Assembly (NCBI GenBank): GCA_963737655.1
Contig: CAVTTN010000002.1
Location: 224,001 to 288,000, forward strand
Reading direction: 5' to 3'
From: an uncultured Planctomycetota bacterium
Lineage (GTDB): Bacteria > Planctomycetota > Planctomycetia > Isosphaerales > Isosphaeraceae
DNA length: 64,000 nt
Shown here one piece after another: positions 59,675 to 64,000 of this stretch; the stretch's first letter is position 1; every line of letters begins with the position of its first letter. The position numbers and the translations under genes are program-made. The notes beneath the pieces were generated by a model. That model saw only the letters and a list, made by a program, of their open reading frames with translations. It did not search any database and was not told the DNA's origin.

Positions 59675-59769
59675 TTGCAAGGCGAACTCCCCGCCGGCAA
59701 AATCAATCACCGGTCCGAGATTATCCATCCGAAACGACGTGATAAACCGCATCATTTCGGACGTATAAT
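59675..59769 (+). promoter_or_regulatory. Candidate cassette promoters (Pc-like)
   Basis: TTGCAA(59675)-N17-CAAAAT(59698) and a perfect TATAAT at 59764, upstream of the first cassette. Confidence 0.45.
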
Positions 59770-59802
59770 CCCGCAGATTCGGAGATTCTGCGTCACTTTC
59801 GA

Positions 59803-59821
59803 TGTCTACTTCATGTTAGGC
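59803..59821 (+). other. attI-like primary recombination site
   Basis: TGTCTAC-N5-GTTAGGC, the 7-5-7 simple-site geometry. This first GTTAGGC core is not preceded by an attC stem. Confidence 0.6.
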
Positions 59822-59840
59822 GTCCTGCAAATCGTGGTGC

Positions 59841-59993
59841 CTATAGCGATATCTTTCCGGTCAGGAGCATCCAACTCCGAATCAGGGTCAGGACGAGACA
59901 CGTCAACATCCCCGCCCAGGCCCACCGGAACGTCGGCCGCCACTCCGGCCGTAGTTCTTCCATCGCCCACTGCCGTCTCAGCCAAGCGACCAT
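59841..59993 (-). CDS. Cassette A: 50-aa putative membrane peptide in reverse orientation
   Basis: MVAWLRRQWAMEELRPEWRPTFRWAWAGMLTCLVLTLIRSWMLLTGKISL fills the non-attC part of the cassette (59816-60090). Confidence 0.45.
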   Translation of the reverse strand: MVAWLRRQWAMEELRPEWRPTFRWAWAGMLTCLVLTLIRSWMLLTGKISL

Positions 59994-59996
59994 GAC

Positions 59997-60096
59997 GCCT
60001 AACCTCGCGCTGCAGCGGACCCGCAACCGCCGCCACGATTGTTGTAGTCTCAACACAACTCAGGCGGGTGCGGGCCGCTGAGCTTGGTCGTTAGGC
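59997..60096 (+). repeat. attC site 1 (100 bp)
   Basis: GCCTAAC-CTCGC-GCTGCAGCGGACCCGCA...TGCGGGCCGCTGAGC-TTGGTC-GTTAGGC. Confidence 0.93.
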
Positions 60097-60754
60097 GGCT
60101 CAGGAGTCGAAGCCTTCGGTCGTGCTCGTCGTCGGCCTCGCCGGTCGCGCCTCGGCTCGACGACGCCATCGGTCGGGCCCCTGGAGTCGGCCTCGGCGGT
60201 GGTGCGCGTCGTCGCCCTCGCCGGCCGCGCCCCCGAGGTCGGGCCCGTCGGCCGGCGCCCCCCTTGCCAACGCCGTCGGTCCGTGCCAGGATCGTCGGTG
60301 TCGGCGCGTGGGGCGTCGCCGGGGCGCCGCCTAACCCGGCGCTGCAGCGGACCCGGCCCGCGGTCGACGATCACTCTCCTCTCAATCTCGCCGGGCGCGG
60401 GCCGGTCCGCTGAGCTTTGTCGTTAGGCGGCTCAGGAGTCGAAGCCTTCGGTCGTGCTCGTCGTCGGCCTCGCCGGTCGCGCCTCGGCTCGACGACGCCA
60501 TCGGTCGGGCCCCTGGAGTCGGCCTCGGCGGTGGTGCGCGTCGTCGCCCTCGCCGGCCGCGCCCCCGAGGTCGGGCCCGTCGGCCGGCGCCCCCCTTGCC
60601 AACGCCGTCGGTCCGTGCCAGGATCGTCGGTGTCGGCGCGTGGGGCGTCGCCGGGGCGCCGCCTAACCCGGCGCTGCAGCGGACCCGGCCCGCGGTCGAC
60701 GATCACTCTCCTCTCAATCTCGCCGGGCGCGGGCCGGTCCGCTGAGCTTTGTCG
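60091..60754 (+). mobile_element. Cassette B, two tandem 332-bp copies (60091-60422, 60423-60754), apparently gene-less
   Basis: Direct repeat with period 332, bounded by GTTAGGC cores; only low-complexity GC-rich ORFs. Confidence 0.85.
60329..60428 (+). repeat. attC site 2 (100 bp)
   Basis: GCCTAAC-CCGGC-GCTGCAGCGGACCCGGCCCGCG...CGCGGGCCGGTCCGCTGAGC-TTTGTC-GTTAGGC. Confidence 0.93.
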
Positions 60755-60760
60755 TTAGGC
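60661..60760 (+). repeat. attC site 3 (copy of attC 2)
   Basis: Same sequence as 60329-60428. Confidence 0.93.
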
Positions 60761-60770
60761 GGCAGAGGCC

Positions 60771-61052
60771 ATGCACTACGTCGTCGCCCTTCTACCTGCC
60801 GTTGTTCTCATGGCCGCACTCATCGTCGCGGTTGTCTCGGCTCGCCGGCTCAAGCCGTGTCCATCATGCTGTCGGCGTGAATTGCGTTGCGTCAACTTCG
60901 TCAAGGCCACTGTCATCACCGACGACCGGCGTGCCCCGGACTCGTGGTCGTTCCATGCGTGTCGGGCATGCGGCGCAGCGTTCAAGCTCCATCGCGGCCG
61001 GTGGTCAAGCGTCGAAGATCGCGAACGCCACTACTTCGGCGGAGCCGCCTAA
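60771..61052 (+). CDS. Cassette C: 93-aa membrane-anchored zinc-ribbon protein
   Basis: AGAGG RBS right after the core; N-terminal TM; CPSC...CRAC; TAA stop lies inside the GCCTAAC inverse core. Confidence 0.8.
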   Translation: MHYVVALLPAVVLMAALIVAVVSARRLKPCPSCCRRELRCVNFVKATVITDDRRAPDSWSFHACRACGAAFKLHRGRWSSVEDRERHYFGGAA

Positions 61053-61148
61053 CCTCGCGCTGCAGCGGACCCCGCACCGCCGCAACGGTTTATGCTATGA
61101 TTCAACGTCGCTCGGGCGGTGCGGGTCCGCTGAGCTTCGGCGTTAGGC
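61047..61148 (+). repeat. attC site 4 (102 bp)
   Basis: GCCTAAC-CTCGC-GCTGCAGCGGACCCCGCACCGCC...GGCGGTGCGGGTCCGCTGAGC-TTCGGC-GTTAGGC. Confidence 0.93.
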
Positions 61149-61417
61149 GTCCTGCAAATCGTGGTGCCTATAGCGATATCTTTCCGGTCAGGAGCATCCA
61201 ACTCCGAATCAGGGTCAGGACGAGACACGTCAACATCCCCGCCCAGGCCCACCGGAACGTCGGCCGCCACTCCGGCCGTAGTTCTTCCATCGCCCACTGC
61301 CGTCTCAGCCAAGCGACCATGACGCCTAACCTCGCGCTGCAGCGGACCCGCAACCGCCGCCACGATTGTTGTAGTCTCAACACAACTCAGGCGGGTGCGG
61401 GCCGCTGAGCTTGGTCG
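61143..61417 (+). mobile_element. Cassette A', second copy of cassette A (275 bp; reverse ORF 61168-61320)
   Basis: Matches 59816-60090 at an offset of 1327. Confidence 0.9.
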
Positions 61418-61423
61418 TTAGGC
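61324..61423 (+). repeat. attC site 5 (copy of attC 1)
   Basis: Same sequence as 59997-60096. Confidence 0.93.
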
Positions 61424-61440
61424 GGCGGAGGCTTTGTCCC

Positions 61441-62211
61441 ATGACGATGTTTCGGGCATTCTCAGGCTTCGCTTGCCACGGCGAGACTGTGGCGTCTAAC
61501 AACCGAGAAGCCTGCACGAACGGCCATAGCCGGCTGGGAATCCCGATCTTGTACTTCGGTCAGGCTCGCGGTGCAGAGTACCAGTGGATTCACTTCAACG
61601 AGAATGACCTGCCCGGGACGGAGATGGAACTCGAACGGGCGGTCCAGATGAATCCCGAAAGCACCCTCATTTTGGGAGACGAGGTAAACGCGCGGATGGG
61701 CGCCAAAGATTACGCTGCGGCCTACGTCCATTGGTTCAACTGGCTCAAGGAGCGTAGTCCGGTCACAAGGCTTTCAACCTGCGGGTTCGAGGCCAACCAC
61801 AATCCGTTTGTCTTCGCGGAAGAATTCATCATCGAAGCGCGGAAGACCGTTTATGTCGATGAGTTTCGCTTCAACGCGGCGTTCGCTGTTTCTGGCGACC
61901 TGGGCGCTTTTGATTCGTATCTTGGACAGGCTCAGACGTTCGCGAACAGCCACGGCTACCGGAACAAGTACTGCATCGGCTCATTCTTCTCCGATCCGGG
62001 GCTGAGTGCGGACCAACTGCGGAAGGCAATGCAGTTAATTCATCGACAGGGGACGATCAAGGAAGCCGTGTACTGGAGCTTTGAGAGTCATACGACCGCC
62101 GTGCATAACCCGCTCGCGGAGTACGACGGCAACCAAGTTCCGCGATTGAACCTCCTCGGCAGAACTTTTGCCCAAACCGTCCGAGACATCGCTGAGGGGA
62201 CTTCGATCTGA
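61441..62211 (+). CDS. Cassette D: hypothetical protein, possibly a glycoside-hydrolase-like TIM barrel
   Basis: GGAGG at 61427; lower GC than the host genes; LILGDEVN...DYAAAY...W and C-terminal RLNLLGRTF resemble clan GH-A/GH128-like proteins. The gene is well supported; the function is weak. Confidence 0.7.
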   Translation: MTMFRAFSGFACHGETVASNNREACTNGHSRLGIPILYFGQARGAEYQWIHFNENDLPGTEMELERAVQMNPESTLILGDEVNARMGAKDYAAAYVHWFNWLKERSPVTRLSTCGFEANHNPFVFAEEFIIEARKTVYVDEFRFNAAFAVSGDLGAFDSYLGQAQTFANSHGYRNKYCIGSFFSDPGLSADQLRKAMQLIHRQGTIKEAVYWSFESHTTAVHNPLAEYDGNQVPRLNLLGRTFAQTVRDIAEGTSI

Positions 62212-62645
62212 AAAATCTAGGAATGCCATTCAGCGTCAGTTCAATTTAGCGGCTCCGGCCGATCCGCCTCTTCGTGAACTCTTTGGCTGGGAACGGCCAT
62301 CGACGCGCAACACTACCCCAACCCCAGGCTTTGTGGCCGGGCAGCGGCGAGGTCCGGGTAGCAAACCGACGGATTCAAGAGCGGCGGACGAGGCGCGGGC
62401 CGAGAGGGGAGTCGGTTACGTTTGCAGTCTCTTCGACGGGAACATCCCCGCGAGTCGGCTCGCGGGGCGTCGCCAATGACCGGATCACGACCTCTCGGGC
62501 CAGGCTAACCTACGGGCAGGGAGCACCAAGGTGGAGACGGCCGGGAGGCCCGCGCCACACTCAGGCTACGCCGCGCCGGGTCGGCGGGCAAGTCGTCCCC
62601 GACCCCCGTTCACGCCCCGTCGGGAGCGGACGAAGGCCGCAGGAT

Positions 62646-62707
62646 GGTTAACCTTGCGCTGCAGCGGACCCCGGCCACGGGCCGCGCTTTCTCATTCTCA
62701 CAAGCTC
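62646..62707 (+). repeat. Truncated attC site 6 (left arm only)
   Basis: GGTTAAC-CTTGC-GCTGCAGCGGACCCCGGCC... has the same left arm as the other attCs; the right arm is missing. Confidence 0.8.
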
Positions 62708-62888
62708 GGAGGGTCAAAAAGGGGACGGGAGGGTCAAAAAGGGGACGGAGCGAATAAATTCAGCTTTTTGCATTTTGCCGCGTCTCATCCAGGCCGAACT
62801 TATTCACTCCGTCCCCTTTTCGGCCCCACGTCCCCTTTTCGGCCCCACCGTCCCCTTTTCGGCCCCACTCCGTCCCCTTTTCGGCCCC
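62708..62888. mobile_element. Hairpin (REP/MITE-like) element with tandemly iterated ends
   Basis: Inverted repeat 62737-62764 / 62793-62820 (25/28). Left end GGAGGGTCAAAAAGGGGACGG occurs twice; right end CGTCCCCTTTTCGGCCCC occurs four times. Confidence 0.75.
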
Positions 62889-63601
62889 GGCCAAGACGAC
62901 CCGGAGGCGCTGGCGGAATTGGCCAAGGGGCGGCTGCGGGCCAAGATCCCGGCGCTGCGGCTGGCGCTTCGCGGGAAGGTGACCGAGCACCACCGCTTCC
63001 TGCTGCGGCTCCTGCTGGACCACTACGAGGCGCCGGAGGCCCTGATCGGCCGACTGGGGAGCGGATCGACCGGGTGCTGGCGCCGTACGCCGAGGCGGTG
63101 GAGCGGCTGGAGACGATCCCCGGGGTCGGCCGCCGGGTCGCCGAGATCGTCGTCGCGGAGCTGGGCGTGGAGATGGGGCAGTTCCCGACGGCTCGCCACC
63201 TGGCGAGCCGGGCCGGGATGTGCCCCGGGAACAACGAGAGCGCCGGCAAGCGCCGCAGCGGCAAGACGACCAAGGGGAGCCGCTGGCTACGGACGGCCCT
63301 GATCCAGGCGGCGCACGCGGCGGGCCGGAGCAAGGCGACGTATCTGGGGTCGGGGTACCGTCGGCTGGCATCGCGGCGCGGGGCGAAGCGAGCGGCGGTG
63401 GCGGTGGGCCATACGCTGCTGGGGATCATCTACGAAGTCCTGGGCCGGGGGACGACCTACGAGGATCTAGGCCCCTGCTACCTGGAGCGGTTGGAGCCCG
63501 AGCGATTGACCCGGCAACTGGTCAGGCGCTTGGAACGGCTCGGCCACAAGGTTACATTGGAACCCAACGAGGCGGCCGCGTAGGGCGCATTTTCAGAACA
63601 G
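62889..63601 (+). mobile_element. IS110-family element remnant: 5'-truncated, frameshifted transposase (stop at 63583) plus a short end
   Basis: DPEALAELAKGRLRAK...HHRFLL, then after a shift near 63058 LETIPGVG...AELG...FPTARHLAS.AGMCPGNNESAGK...AVAVGH...YEDLG. The N-terminal DEDD domain is absent; the end reads ATTTTCAGAACAG. Confidence 0.9.
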
Positions 63602-63618
63602 GCGGCGGAGGACGGCGT

Positions 63619-64000
63619 ATGGCGAAGGCTCGTGTATCGGACGTCTTCTCCGCGTATCGCCTCTCCGGCGAGCCTATTCCCGGCGATGTCGCGATCCTCC
63701 TGAAACAAGCGGAGGAACTGGCCGAGCGCTCGGGGATCGAGCTGAACTGGAAGAAGGTCTGGTCCCCATGGTCCGATACGAGCTATCTCACCAAGTCGGA
63801 CCGCCAGAACCCAGATACCATGGCCAACGTCCGGGCGATTGCGGATGTGTGCAAACTGGTCGCATTCGTCGCCGCGACCGACGAGGATGAGTGCATCGGC
63901 TACTGGCGAGGTCCGCGCATGCGTCCGGTCAAGAACTCCCCACTCGTCCTCTTCGACAACGAGGGGCAATTCACGCTATGCGGCTCCAGTTTCACCGAGG
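63619..64000 (+). CDS. Cassette E: hypothetical protein, SMI1/KNR4 (SUKH) immunity-like; runs off the window edge
   Basis: Manual translation: MAKARVSDVFSAYRLSGEPIPGDVAILL...FVAATDEDECIGYWRGP...SPLVLFDNEGQFTLCGSSFTE, preceded by AGGCGGCGGAGG. Not in the ORF track. Confidence 0.7.
   Translation, partial: MAKARVSDVFSAYRLSGEPIPGDVAILLKQAEELAERSGIELNWKKVWSPWSDTSYLTKSDRQNPDTMANVRAIADVCKLVAFVAATDEDECIGYWRGPRMRPVKNSPLVLFDNEGQFTLCGSSFTE

Noticed and set aside
58790..59800. Integron integrase gene upstream of the array
   Set aside because: No ORF in any frame shows tyrosine-recombinase motifs such as HxLRHSFATHL.
59997..61423. CRISPR array suggested by the recurring GCTGCAGCGGACCC / GTTAGGC repeats
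   Set aside because: Units are ~100-bp imperfect palindromes separated by 175-290 bp, some containing ORFs, and no cas genes are present. This fits attC sites.
62102..62120. GCATAAC-CCG as a possible extra attC start
   Set aside because: It lies inside the cassette D ORF with no matching stem or downstream GTTRRRY arm.

Overview
High-GC bacterial chromosomal DNA with strong Planctomycetota hallmarks: two DUF1553/DUF1501 pairs, an N-terminal LEPRRLM motif protein and a PEP-CTERM protein. An Isosphaeraceae-like source is my inference. About 1-58.8 kb is housekeeping and accessory metabolism: type III glutamine synthetase, MFS, PilC/GspF, an acyltransferase, rny-[toxin-antitoxin]-ymdB, wecB, a TetR plus DevBCA-like ABC exporter, a pyruvate oxidase/enolase-superfamily/FAD-FeS oxidoreductase operon, a complete alternative complex III (actABCDEFG)-SCO-caa3 oxidase operon, aroE, TlpA, a fused membrane/spermidine-synthase-like protein and a sulfatase-like protein. 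Many genes carry single-base frameshifts, most likely long-read assembly errors. The last 4.2 kb is the most interesting part. It is an integron gene-cassette array with an attI-like site, five complete attC sites and one truncated attC, but no adjacent integrase. The order is A-B-B-C-A-D-[half attC / hairpin element with iterated ends / 5'-truncated IS110]-E. The IS110 end abuts exactly the AG of a GTTAGGC cassette core, suggesting an attC-targeting IS110. Several distinct REP/MITE-like hairpin elements lie between genes, including a 152-bp MITE with a TCA target duplication at the ymdB stop codon. All protein calls come from motif recognition by eye; no database searches were run.
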